From Anaeramoeba ignava BMAN (lineage: Eukaryota > Protista > Anaeramoebae): DNA of 64,000 nucleotides. This document shows positions 52,036 through 63,467 of the stretch, piece after piece (the stretch's first letter is position 1; every line of letters begins with the position of its first letter). The notes below the pieces were generated by a model, which saw nothing but the letters and a program-made list of their open reading frames with translations, was not told the DNA's origin and ran no database searches. The translations under genes were made by a program, and so were the position numbers. Location of the stretch: assembly GCA_028826165.1 (NCBI GenBank), contig JAPDFW010000070.1:310001-374000 (forward strand), written 5' to 3'.

Positions 52036-53550
52036 ATGAAAAATTATTTAAATTTAGAAAAACTTTCAAATGATTTAAAAAATTTATTTCAAAATCAAGA
52101 AAATGAAAACCATTTTGATTTTGAAATAATTTGTGAAAAAAATCAAATTTCATACAAAACCCATAAATCAATTCTTTCTTCAAGAAGCCAATATTTTAAA
52201 TATCTTTTCAATTCCAAAACGAAAGAATATCAACAAAATAAATTAATTCTAAATGATGTTTCCAGTTCAACTCTATCTTCAATTTTGAATTATCTTTATT
52301 CAGGAAAAATTGAAATTAATTTAGAAAATGCAATCCAAATTTTGGTTTTTTCTTCGAAATACTTAATTGATGAATTAATTGAAATTTGCTCAATTTTTAT
52401 CAAAAAGAATTTACAAATGGAAACTGTTGTTGATATCCTTAAATTCTCTGAATCAATGCATCTCCATAAATTAATGGATTTTTCTTATCAATTCATTTCA
52501 CAAAATTTTGATGAATTTATCAAAACTCCTTTTTTTCTTGAACTTGAAGAAAGCCATTTAAATTCAATTTTATCAAATAATAAAATTTCAACAAATGAAC
52601 TCGAAAACTTTCAAACAGTAATAAATTGGGGAAAACATAAATTAAATATTAACCAAGAAATGGATAAAAAAGAAAAAGAGCAATTACAGGATCAAATCTC
52701 AAATGTCATTGATAAGATCAGATTTATTGATTTCTCAAAAGAAGAATTTGAGGATGTTTTAAAAGAGGATTTAATTCCCAACCAAGTTTCGCAGCAGTTA
52801 ATGCAATTCCAAGACTTTCAAAATGATACAAAAGAACCAAATCAATTTATTGAAAATGAAATTGAAATTGAAAATGAAAATGAAAATGGAAATGAAAATG
52901 GAAATGAAAACGGAAACCCATTAATTTTCAAATCCAGGTTCAGGTTTGAATCAGCAATTATCCAAGAAAAAGAGCATTTCAAGAAATTAAAAGAATGGAT
53001 CAACGATGATGAATTCCTTTCTGAAATGAAATTAGGATATTCAGCAAAAAAAGATGGTTTCGATTGTAAAAAATGGCATTCAATTTGTGATAATAAAGGA
53101 AAAACATTAGTTATTATCAAAACAACAGATAATTTTATTTTTGGAGGATTTACTTCAGTTGGATGGAGGACAACTGATAAATCAAAATGGAGAAATGAGG
53201 ATCGAAATGTTCGCTATTTTGAATCAATTCGAGATTCGGATGCTTTTATTTTTTCATTAAGGAATAATAAAAACGACAGGGAATCTGGAAAATTTCCCAT
53301 TAAAAAAGATCAAGCGCAGTATGCCATTTCTTATAATTATTCCGACTATGGACCGTTTTTTGGAAATGCCTTCTATCCTGATTTTTTTGTAAATTCAAAG
53401 TTACAATATGGAAATTCGGATTTTGGTTATGCTTACAATTTGCCCAATGGAATTGAATATCAAACAGATGAGGCACAGAGTTATTTAGCTGGTTCTTATG
53501 ATTTATGGGAAGTTGATGAACTTGAGACTTTTTTCATTGAAAAAAATTAA
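52036..53550 (+). CDS. BTB-BACK-TLDc domain protein
   Basis: BTB (DFEII..THKSILSSRSQYF..ILNYLYSG), BACK (FLELEESHLNSIL), TLDc (YSAKKDGF..WHSICDNKGKTLVIIKT..IFGGFT..YGPFFG). Confidence 0.92.
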   Translation: MKNYLNLEKLSNDLKNLFQNQENENHFDFEIICEKNQISYKTHKSILSSRSQYFKYLFNSKTKEYQQNKLILNDVSSSTLSSILNYLYSGKIEINLENAIQILVFSSKYLIDELIEICSIFIKKNLQMETVVDILKFSESMHLHKLMDFSYQFISQNFDEFIKTPFFLELEESHLNSILSNNKISTNELENFQTVINWGKHKLNINQEMDKKEKEQLQDQISNVIDKIRFIDFSKEEFEDVLKEDLIPNQVSQQLMQFQDFQNDTKEPNQFIENEIEIENENENGNENGNENGNPLIFKSRFRFESAIIQEKEHFKKLKEWINDDEFLSEMKLGYSAKKDGFDCKKWHSICDNKGKTLVIIKTTDNFIFGGFTSVGWRTTDKSKWRNEDRNVRYFESIRDSDAFIFSLRNNKNDRESGKFPIKKDQAQYAISYNYSDYGPFFGNAFYPDFFVNSKLQYGNSDFGYAYNLPNGIEYQTDEAQSYLAGSYDLWEVDELETFFIEKN

Positions 53551-53616
53551 AGAAAAACAAAATTTCACATTTTTCGTTTTTCATTTTTTCATTTTGGATT
53601 CAATTGATTTTAAAAA

Positions 53617-54762
53617 ATGAATTTTGAAGATTTTTCGTTTGATGAAAATATTCCATTAGTAATTGATAATGGCTCGTATTCAACCAAAGTTGGATTTGCA
53701 GGCGAAATCTCTCCAAGATCAATTTTCCCTTCATTAATTGGAAGACCAAGACACTATGGAGGAATAATGGTTGGAATGGGTCAAAGAGATTCATATGTTG
53801 GAGATGAAGCACTTAGCAAATGTGGGATATTAACAATAAAATATCCAATAGAATATGGAATAGTAACAAACTGGGACGATATGGAAAAAATATGGCATCA
53901 TTCTTTCTATAATGAATTAAGAGTCGCACCTGAAGAACATCCAGTTTTATTAACTGAAAATACTTTTAATCCGAAAGCGAACAGAGAGAAAATGACTCAA
54001 ATCATGTTTGAAACATTTGCTGTCCCAGAATTTTATCTTGAAAATCAAGCAGTTTTATCGTTGATTTCAACTGGAAGATCAATTGGAACTGTTGTTGAAA
54101 TTGGAGGAGGTGTTATTCAATTTGTCCCAATTTATGAAAGATGTGTTTTAAGAAATTCAATCAATAAATTATATTTGAATGAAAGACATCTAACTGATTA
54201 TTTAATGAAAATTTTAACTGAAAGAGGATATTCATTCACAACAACTGCTGAAAGAGGAATTGTGAGAGAGATTAAAGAAAAACTTTGTTATGTTGCCTTG
54301 GATTTTGACAAGGAATTGAGTAACGATCAAAAATTAATTGAAAAAGATTATGAATTGCCTGATGGCCAAGTTATTACAATAGGGAATGAAAGATTTAGAA
54401 CACCTGAAGTTTTATTCCAACCTTCTTTGTATGGAATGGAAGAATTAGGAATTCATACAATTACTTACAACTCAATTATGAGATGTGATGAAAAAATCCA
54501 AAAAGATTTGTTTTCTAATATTGTTTTATGTGGAGGATCATCGATTTTTCCAGGAATTAAGCAAAGATTTAAAAAAGAAATCACACAATTATTAACAAAC
54601 AAAGAAAAGAAAGTTAAAATTATTACTCAACCTGAAAGAAAGCATTCAGTTTGGATTGGAGGATCTATGTTATCTTCATTTCCTGTTTTCCGAAATTTAA
54701 CAATTTCAAAAGATGAATATGAAGAAATTGGACCTACAATTATTCATAAAAAATGTTTTTGA
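53617..54762 (+). CDS. Divergent actin paralog
   Basis: [52 protein letters not shown] and IIHKKCF; many substitutions in the nucleotide-binding loops. Confidence 0.93.
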   Translation: MNFEDFSFDENIPLVIDNGSYSTKVGFAGEISPRSIFPSLIGRPRHYGGIMVGMGQRDSYVGDEALSKCGILTIKYPIEYGIVTNWDDMEKIWHHSFYNELRVAPEEHPVLLTENTFNPKANREKMTQIMFETFAVPEFYLENQAVLSLISTGRSIGTVVEIGGGVIQFVPIYERCVLRNSINKLYLNERHLTDYLMKILTERGYSFTTTAERGIVREIKEKLCYVALDFDKELSNDQKLIEKDYELPDGQVITIGNERFRTPEVLFQPSLYGMEELGIHTITYNSIMRCDEKIQKDLFSNIVLCGGSSIFPGIKQRFKKEITQLLTNKEKKVKIITQPERKHSVWIGGSMLSSFPVFRNLTISKDEYEEIGPTIIHKKCF

Positions 54763-54884
54763 ATCACAAAATAAAAATCAAAATCAACTTTGAAATTTGT
54801 TTTTTTGAAAAATTTTTTTTTTCATTTTTTTATTTTGGAAACTCCAAAAAAACAAAAACGCAAAATCAAAAAACAAAATTAAGA

Positions 54885-57800
54885 ATGAAAATGCAAATGA
54901 AATTCATTTTAACAATTCATTTACTTCTTTTTTTTGATTATTTTTTCTTTTCAATTAAAACTGAAACAATAAATGTTAATTGGTTAGGTGAGGATAATCC
55001 GGATTGTGGTGTTAATTCATACCCAGATTGCAGTACAATAAAATACACAATTGAGAACAGAGTTAATGATAGTGATATTGTGCTGATTCATCAAGGAAAT
55101 TATTATAGCAATTCTTGTAATATAACATCAACAGATACTTCTTTTGAAATTCAAGCTGAAAATGCCATTTTGGATTGTGAATACATTTTACCTGGTTTTT
55201 TATTTGATTTTACAAATAATACAGATGAGGGAAATATAACAATAAAGGGATTAACAATAAAAAATACAAATAATACTAATGGAGAACCAACCTCTTTTAA
55301 AGGAGCAGGAATTACAGTTGTCAAAGGAAAAGTTTGGATTGACTCTTGTTCTTTTTTGAGTAGTTTTTCAGATAGCGATGAAACATTACATCTTTCGGCA
55401 GGAATTTATCTAGATTCACCCAGATATTTATCAGTAAACAATTCTCAATTTTCCAACTTGCTCAATATTAATACAACAGCTTCAGCAATATTTATTGAGA
55501 ATCAAGAAAATTTGACAGAATCCCAAACTTTTATGGTAGAATCATGCACATTTAGTGGGAATTTTGCTGTTAATCAAGGAAGTACAATTGTTTCTGTTTC
55601 TTATCCACATGCGATTCTATACAATTATATTTTCACAAACAATACTTTTGAAAACAACAATGGAGAGATCTCTGGCGGAATTTATTCAGAGATACTTCCT
55701 CAAGAAAATTCATCGGTTGTGGTTACAAACAATACTTTTTTTAATAATGCCGGACAGCAAGGAGGAATTTATTTGTTTGCAATAGATGATTTACACAATT
55801 TGAGAGTCAGAATAGATGGAAATAATTTTAGTCAAAATACTGCGATCTATGAAGCTTCAGCTGTGAAATTTGAAACTAATGAAATTCAAACTTGGGAGTT
55901 AGGATCTTTTGAGTTTGTGAATAATTTCGTTATGAATGATACTGGCAATAAAAATAATCTCAATTTGTGTTTTCAAGTGCATAACATAAGTATTGATTTG
56001 ATAATTGAGAATAACAATTTCATTTCCAATTATGTTGTTTATCAATCTCCAATATTGATAAACACGACTTTAATTAAGAATCAAGCAAATTTCTCCTTCA
56101 TTTCAAATAATTTTGTGAATAATAGTGGAACACAGACTATATCTGGAGGAATTTTTATTTATGATCAATTCGGTTTAAATAACACACAAAACTATTTTTT
56201 TATCAACAACACCTTCATTAATAATACAGGCCACGATTATGCTGGAGGAATCATCTTTGTGCATTCAACTTTTTTAAATGAATCATATCTACTATTTGAA
56301 AACAACACATTCGAAAGCAACACTGGCCCCATTGGTGGGTTATTTTATTATTCAAGTGCTGAATCTTCTAACAATACATTTGATTTTGTTGGAAATACTT
56401 TCAGGAATAACATTGGGAATATTTATTCAGGCGGTATTTATTTTTTCCTATTGAATAATATTGATCATTTCGATTTCGCATTTACAAACAATGTTTTTGA
56501 GAGCAATAATGGATTGAGTGGTTCAGGTGGAGTTGCTATTGATTTTGTATCTTCTTTAGATGGAATAGATATTTCATTCAATGAGAATACTTTTATCAAC
56601 AATACTGGAGGTGAGGGTGGCGATGCGTCAATTAACACTGATCTTCTCAAAACAAAAAATTTTAGCGGCAATTTCGAAGATAATATCTTTGAGAGGAGTA
56701 GCAGTGATAGTGGAGGAAGTTTATTCTTGGATGCTTTGGCTAATTTCACTATCCAGAATTGTGAGTTCATCAATAACTATGCAGTAGAAGGAGGATCAAT
56801 ATTGGTTAGAGGACAAGCAAGATTGTTGATAAATAATGCAACTTTTTCTCAAAGCAGCGCGATATTTGGATCCACAATTGTATCCTTTTCAAGTGAGCAA
56901 ACAACGATCACGAATTCCATCTTGAATACTCCTGACGATTCAGGGAAAATTGGATATTTTGAAAATGTTGAGCCAGCTCTGGAAAATACAACAATAACTT
57001 GTGGAGAAGGATATATCTACCAAGATTTATCATCGATTCAATACAAAAATGTGCTTGAAGTAATAAGCTATATTTATGAGTGTGTTCCTTGTCCGCAAGG
57101 TTCCTATTCAATGAGTTCTGGAGGCAATTCCGAAGGAGCAGCAAATTTCTGTTTTGATTGTCCTTATGGAGCTGTTTGCAATGGAACAAATAGAATTGCT
57201 CCTTTATCAGGATTTTGGGGATTTCCAACAAACTCGTCTCAATTTTTGGAATACAAACCTTGTCCTGCAGGATATTGCACTATCAAATCAACAAGTGATA
57301 CGCAATCAATTTTATCAGGAGATTACAACTACTGTAGTGGGAATAGAAAGGGTATTCTTTGTGGAGAATGTGAAGAAGGATACACAAACACTCTAAGTGA
57401 TGAATCTGAGTGTGTTCTTAAGAAAGATTGCCAAGGAGGGTTAGGATATTATCTGTTCCTAGCTTTGATAAAAGCAGTTATTTATGCGCTTATTCTTCTT
57501 TTCAAACCACAAGATGCTTCAGGCTCATTTATTGTGATCGTTTATTTTTGCCAAATGATCCCTTATGTTCTTCCTGAAATTAGAAAAGATCCAGATGAAA
57601 AGGATCAGGGAAGTCAGAAGTTTGCAAGTGTTCTTCAGTTTCTTTCTGATTTAGTTAATTTAAAAGCAAGTTTCCCAACTTTGAAAACTTGGGGGAATTG
57701 TCCAAATGATCACATTTCTTCTGTTGAAAAAATCGCATACAGTCTAGTTGGACCAGCTTTCTATTTTGGAGTTCTTCTTCTTTTTGTTCTGATTTATTAT

Positions 57801-58718
57801 CTTATTATTTATTTGAAGAAAAAAAGAAAACAGAAAAGGGAAAGACAAAATAAAAATGAAGACAAAGAAGATGATAAAAAAGATACCTTTGAGCTTGAAG
57901 ATCTTAATATAAAAGAAAATGAAAATGATGAAAATGAAAATGAAAATGAAAATGAGCCTTTTGATTCACAAGAAACAAAATTTACTCGAAAACAAATCAT
58001 TTTTGATGCTTTTCTTACTTTATTCATTTTAACATACACAAACCTGACCGAAACAACATTAAATTTATTGAATTGTGTTCCAATCAAATTTGAAGATGGT
58101 CATTCAGAGAAAAGATTATATTTTTCTGGAAATGTGGAATGTTATACTCCTTGGCAAATTTTTCTTTTCTTCATTGTGATTTTGGTAGGATTATTTCCAT
58201 TCGCCATTTTGATTTGGAAAAAATGGGCAAAGAAAAAATACGAAAAGAAATTAAAAGAGAAAAAATCACCGTATGTTGAAGTAATGCTATTCATTCTTGA
58301 AGCGCCATTTGTGAAAAATTGCAAATATTGGAGATCTTTTTATCTTTTCCGTCGATTTTTCATAATTGTTATATTTGTTTTCGTGATTGATCCTTTTATT
58401 AAAAGTTTCATCATTAGTCTCATTTGTCTTGTTATTCTTTTATTAACAATCATCTTGTCTCCTTTTCGTAACAAAAGAGTGATGAAAATGGAATATCTTT
58501 CACTTTCTATTTTAGTTGTTTTTTCAATCATGACAATGCGAGATGGTGCTTTAGCTTCTGCTGGAGTTGATAATGAATTAGGAAGTTTAAAAAATACAAC
58601 TCTTGCATTTAATATTCTTGGATATATCCTTACAATCACAGTATTGATACTTGCTTTAGTGAATTTTTTTATTGGGTTTCGTTCTCAAATTAAGTCTTGT
58701 GCCAAAAAGGAGAAATAA
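54885..58718 (+). CDS. Surface/receptor-like membrane protein: signal peptide, right-handed beta-helix (FxxN/GGxI repeats), Cys-rich region, multi-pass TM C-terminus
   Basis: Hydrophobic N-terminus after ATG 54885; many NNTFxNNxG..GGI repeats; CxxCPxG motifs; about 8-9 hydrophobic segments. Confidence 0.88.
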   Translation: MKMQMKFILTIHLLLFFDYFFFSIKTETINVNWLGEDNPDCGVNSYPDCSTIKYTIENRVNDSDIVLIHQGNYYSNSCNITSTDTSFEIQAENAILDCEYILPGFLFDFTNNTDEGNITIKGLTIKNTNNTNGEPTSFKGAGITVVKGKVWIDSCSFLSSFSDSDETLHLSAGIYLDSPRYLSVNNSQFSNLLNINTTASAIFIENQENLTESQTFMVESCTFSGNFAVNQGSTIVSVSYPHAILYNYIFTNNTFENNNGEISGGIYSEILPQENSSVVVTNNTFFNNAGQQGGIYLFAIDDLHNLRVRIDGNNFSQNTAIYEASAVKFETNEIQTWELGSFEFVNNFVMNDTGNKNNLNLCFQVHNISIDLIIENNNFISNYVVYQSPILINTTLIKNQANFSFISNNFVNNSGTQTISGGIFIYDQFGLNNTQNYFFINNTFINNTGHDYAGGIIFVHSTFLNESYLLFENNTFESNTGPIGGLFYYSSAESSNNTFDFVGNTFRNNIGNIYSGGIYFFLLNNIDHFDFAFTNNVFESNNGLSGSGGVAIDFVSSLDGIDISFNENTFINNTGGEGGDASINTDLLKTKNFSGNFEDNIFERSSSDSGGSLFLDALANFTIQNCEFINNYAVEGGSILVRGQARLLINNATFSQSSAIFGSTIVSFSSEQTTITNSILNTPDDSGKIGYFENVEPALENTTITCGEGYIYQDLSSIQYKNVLEVISYIYECVPCPQGSYSMSSGGNSEGAANFCFDCPYGAVCNGTNRIAPLSGFWGFPTNSSQFLEYKPCPAGYCTIKSTSDTQSILSGDYNYCSGNRKGILCGECEEGYTNTLSDESECVLKKDCQGGLGYYLFLALIKAVIYALILLFKPQDASGSFIVIVYFCQMIPYVLPEIRKDPDEKDQGSQKFASVLQFLSDLVNLKASFPTLKTWGNCPNDHISSVEKIAYSLVGPAFYFGVLLLFVLIYYLIIYLKKKRKQKRERQNKNEDKEDDKKDTFELEDLNIKENENDENENENENEPFDSQETKFTRKQIIFDAFLTLFILTYTNLTETTLNLLNCVPIKFEDGHSEKRLYFSGNVECYTPWQIFLFFIVILVGLFPFAILIWKKWAKKKYEKKLKEKKSPYVEVMLFILEAPFVKNCKYWRSFYLFRRFFIIVIFVFVIDPFIKSFIISLICLVILLLTIILSPFRNKRVMKMEYLSLSILVVFSIMTMRDGALASAGVDNELGSLKNTTLAFNILGYILTITVLILALVNFFIGFRSQIKSCAKKEK

Positions 58719-58779
58719 GAAAAGAAAATTAAAATTCAACACAAAATTCAACACAAAAGAAAGCATTTTATTTTATTTT

Positions 58780-60260
58780 ATTTTATTTTATTCCACTTTT
58801 TTTACAAATAAAAAATTAATTTAAATTAATTTGAAATAAATATATTTATTTTTAAATATTATTAATAAATATATTTATTTTATAATTAAATATTAACAAT
58901 AATTTATTCCACTTTTTTTTTGAAATAAAAATATTAAATAAATAAAATAAATTTAAATAAGAAATAATAAATAAAATAAATTTAAATTAATTTGAATTAA
59001 ATATTTTTATTTTTAAATATTATTAAAAATATATTTATTTTATAATTAAATATTAACAATAATTTATTCCACTTTTTTTTTGAAATAAAAATATTAAATA
59101 AATAAAATAAATTTAAATTAGAAATAATAAATAAATTAAATTTAAATTAATTTGAATTAAATATTTTTATTTTTAAATATTATTAATAAATATATTTATT
59201 TTATATTTAAATAATAATAATAATTTATTCCACTTTTTGGAAATAAAAATATTAAATAAATAAAATAAATTTAAATTAGAAATAATAAATAAATTAAATT
59301 TAAATTAATTTGAATTAAATATTTTTATTTTTAAATATTATTAATAAATATATTTATTTTATAATTAAATATTAACAATAATTTATTCCACTTTTTGAAA
59401 TAAAAATATTAAAAAAATAAAATAAATTTAAATTAGAAATAATAAATAAATTAAATTTAAAATAATTTAAATTAAATATTTTTATTATTAATTATTATTA
59501 AAAATATATTTATTTTATATTTAAATATTAATAATAATTTATTCCACTTTTTTTTGAAATAAAAATATTAAATAAATAAAATAAATTTAAATAAGAAATA
59601 ATAAATAAAATAAATTTAAATTGAATTGAAATAAATATTTTTATTATTAAATATTATTAAAAATATATTTATTTTTTATATTTAAATAATAATAATAATT
59701 TATTCCACTTTTTTTTGAAATAAAAATATTAAAAATAAAATTAATTTAAATAAGAAATAATAAATAAAATTAATTTAAATCAATTTGAAATAAATATTTT
59801 TATTATTAATTATTATTAAAAAATATATTTATTTTATATTTAAATAATAATAATAATTTATTCCACTTTTTTTTGAAATAAAAATATTAAAAAATAAATT
59901 AATTTAAATAAGAAATAATAAATAAAATTAATTTAAATTAATTTGAAATAAATATTTTTATTATTAATTATTATTAAAAATATATTTATTTTATAATTAA
60001 ATAATAATAATAATTTATTCCACTTTTTTTTTGAAATAAAAATATTAAAAAAATAAAATTAATTTAAATAAGAAATAATAAATAAAATAAATTTAAATTA
60101 ATTTGAATTAAATATTTTTATTATTAAATATTATTAATAAATATATTTATTTCATATTTAAATAATAATAATAATTTATTCCACTTTTTTTTTGAAATAA
60201 AAATATTAAAAAAATAAAATTAATTTAAATTAGAAATAATAAATAAAATGAATTTAAATT
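58780..60260 (-). repeat. Satellite B, inverted copy (~159-bp unit, ~10 copies)
   Basis: ATTTATTCCACTTTT-like core at approximately 58791, 58908, 59067, 59228, 59386, 59542, 59703, 59861, 60018, 60179. Confidence 0.92.
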
Positions 60261-60316
60261 AATAAAAAAAAAAAAGATTAAAGAAATAAATATAAAAAAT
60301 AAATAAAAAAATATAA

Positions 60317-60388
60317 CTCGGGTACGGGGAATCGAACCCCGATCTTGAATGTGAAAGACTCATATACTAACCATTGTACTATACCCGA
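60317..60388 (-). tRNA. tRNA-Glu(TTC)
   Basis: TCGGGTA/TACCCGA acceptor stem, GTAC/GTAT D-stem, TGAGT-CTTTCAC-ATTCA anticodon arm, CGGGG-TTCGATT-CCCCG T-arm, G discriminator, downstream T-run. Confidence 0.93.
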
Positions 60389-60479
60389 TTTAAATTATAA
60401 ATTATTATTTTTTTTCTTATTTTTTTATTTTAAAAAAACTCCTTATTTATTTATTATTTTTTTTTCATTTTCTTTTTTA

Positions 60480-61500
60480 TTTTTTTTTATTTAATTTTTT
60501 TATTTAATTTTTAATTAATTTTTTATTTATTTTGATTAGGTTTATTTCAATATTTTTTATTTCCAATTAATTTTAAATAAATTTATTAATTAATTTATTA
60601 TTAAAATATATTTAGAAAATTATATATTTTTATTTGATTTTTTTATTTAATTTTTTATTTAATTTCTAATTTATTTTGATTAAGTTTATTTCAATATTTT
60701 TTATTTTGGATTAATTTTAAATAAATTTATTAATTAATTTATTATTAAATTATATTTAGAAAATTATATATTTTTATTTGATTTTTTTATTTAATTTTTT
60801 ATTTAATTTTTAATTTATTTTGATTAGGTTTATTTCAATATTTTTATTTTGGATTAATTTTAAATAAATTTATTAATTAATTTATTATTAAATTATATTT
60901 AGAAAATTATATATTTTTAATTTAATTTTTTATTTAATTTTTTATTAAATTTTTAATTTATTTTGATTAGGTTTATTTAAATATTTTTATTTTCAATTAA
61001 TTTTAAATAAATTTATTAATTAATTTATTATTAAAATATAATTAGAAAATTATATATTTTTATTTAATTTTTATTTAATTTTTATTTAATTTTTAATTTA
61101 TTTTGATTAAGTTTATTTAAATATTTTTATTTTCAATTAATTTTAAATAAATTTATTAATTAATTTATTATTAAAATATATTTAGAAAATTATATATTTT
61201 TATTTAATTTTTATTTAATTTTTATTTAATTTTTAATTTAATTTGATTAGGTTTATTTCAATATTTTTTATTTTGGATTAATTTTAAATAAATTTATTAA
61301 TTAATTTATTATTAAAATATATTTAGAAAATTATATATTTTTAATTAATTTTTTTATTTAATTTTTAATTTAATTTTTAATTTATTTTGATTAAGTTTAT
61401 TTAAATATTTTTTATTTTCAAATAATTTTAAATAAATTTATTAATTAATTTATTATTAAATTATATTTAGAAAATTATATATTTTTTGGATTTGATTTTA
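60480..61500 (-). repeat. Satellite A, inverted copy (~140-bp unit, ~7 copies)
   Basis: Reverse complement of the 48740-50100 units. Confidence 0.92.
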
Positions 61501-61514
61501 TTTAAAATTTTTAA

Positions 61515-63385
61515 TTAAGGAAGAAAAGAAAAAGTTGCGATTGAATGTTGAGGAAGTTGAACATGAGCAAATTTTTGGTTAAATTCCAAATCAAAGAATC
61601 TTGGAACATCATTCAAATTCATTACAACAGTAACAATTTGACCATCTGGAGTCAAAAAAGAAGTAGCAAAAATATCTTGAGAACCAATAATTTGGCAATC
61701 AATCCTAACAGAACCAGGAAGAATAAACTTAGAAAATTGACCCATATAGTAGTATTCTGAATTATAGACGATTGTTTTTGAATTTTGGTCAATCATAATT
61801 GGAGAAGCACAAGAAGCATTAAGATGATTAGGACCACCAAGCATATCCAAAAGCATATTCCAATCAACCCAACCAACAGCCCAAGAATTAAGATCGCCAA
61901 TGATATCATATGCGTATTGCTCCCCTGAATACCATATTGCTCCCCGACTTCCGGGACAAACGCAAGCTTCTGAGGCAAGAAGAAAATATTCTGGAAAATC
62001 TTCATGTGTTTTAAGTACATTTTCAAAATATGGTCCTGAATACCAATGGAATGCTACTCCATCCACATATTTTGCTGCTTCTGCTCGGTTTAATATTGTT
62101 TTTGAATAGTTGTACACATCATCTTTGTTGTAGTCGTAAATCATGATTTTTACATCAGGATAATCGGTTTTTAATTGTGGTCCTAAATAATATGCTAGAA
62201 AATCTGCTTCTTGATCTGCTGAGTAAATGCATGCTTCTCCAGGTGCATCGAAACCTGGTTCATTTTGGATTGTTCTAATTTTTTATCCGATTTTTAATTT
62301 AATTTTAATTTTGATTTCAAAATGAATTTTAATTTTAATTTTGATTTTAATTTTAATTTTGATTTTTATTTTGATTTTTAATTGAATTTTGATTTTGATT
62401 TTGATTTTTAATTTTATATTTTAATTTTAATTTTAATTTTAATTTTGATTTTGATTTTGATTTTAATTTTTTATCCGATTTTTAATTTTAATTTTGATTT
62501 TTTATCCGGTTTTTAATTTTAATTTTAATTTTAAATTTAAATTTTAATTGAATTTTGATTTTGATTTTGAATTTTGATTTTTAATTTTAATTTTAATTTT
62601 AATTTTAATTTTGATTTTAATTGAATTTTGATTTTTAATTGAATTTTGATTTTAAATTTAATTTTAATTTTAATTTTAATTTTAATTTTAATTTGATTTT
62701 AAATTTAAATTTTAATTGAATTTTGATTATAAAAGTACATTCCCCAAATTGGAATTCCTTCAGCTTCATAAGCAGAAATCCATTTACTAAAATACAAAGC
62801 CCAAGATTGATAAATTAAAGGATCATTAATTAAACCAGGACGATTAGAACCATTCATTTGACCATTACTTTTCATCCACCAAGGAGGACTCCAAGGAGAA
62901 CCAAAAAGATGAAAATTAGGACCAGTAGCTTTAAGAGCAGCTTTTATCATTGGAATAACAGTATGCAAATCATGACCATTTGAAAGTTTCCATTGTGAAA
63001 GACTGTAATCATCAGGAGTATCATCAAAAGAATAAGAAGAAGCAGAATAATCACAAGAATTAATCGGAACTCTTCCTACTCGATAATTCAAATTCACATA
63101 ATAAGCTTCAATTATTTGTTGTTGAAGTGTTGCGTTTAATTTGTTGAAATTTATTGCTGCTGCTTCTGTAAATGCTCCTCCAAATCCTAAAATAGTTTGA
63201 TATTTGTTCGCGTCAGATAGTTTTATTGTGATATTACTTATTGGTGTTGATTGAAATGTAATATCTGCTTTTGGTGTTAAACGATCTCCTGTAAATTCTG
63301 CTGTTTGAATAACATGAATAATTTGTGTAAAGTTTTGAGAAAAGAAAAATGTGAAAAAAAGAAGCAAAATTAAAATTTGTTTCAT
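61515..63385 (-). CDS. GH30 glucosylceramidase-like glycoside hydrolase; exons 63385-62739 and 62274-61515
   Basis: Signal peptide; YQTILGFGGAFTEAA; GSPWSPPWWMKSN; acid/base ITIQNEP restored by splicing; nucleophile LLASEAC; GWVDWN. Confidence 0.93.
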
Positions 63386-63467
63386 TTGTTTTTTTTTATT
63401 ATCAAAAAGAAAAAAAATGATTTTTTTAATTTTAATTTTAATATAAATTTTAATATAAATTTTAATT

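Noticed and set aside
54753-54884. Overlap between actin and the downstream membrane-protein ORF
   Set aside because: The true start is probably ATG 54885 or an adjacent Met before the signal peptide; the upstream part is intergenic-like sequence.
498-63385. Inteins in the conserved genes
   Set aside because: No Hint-like insertion (C...HN-C/S/T) or homing endonuclease motif seen; PCNA, actin and GH30 have normal lengths.
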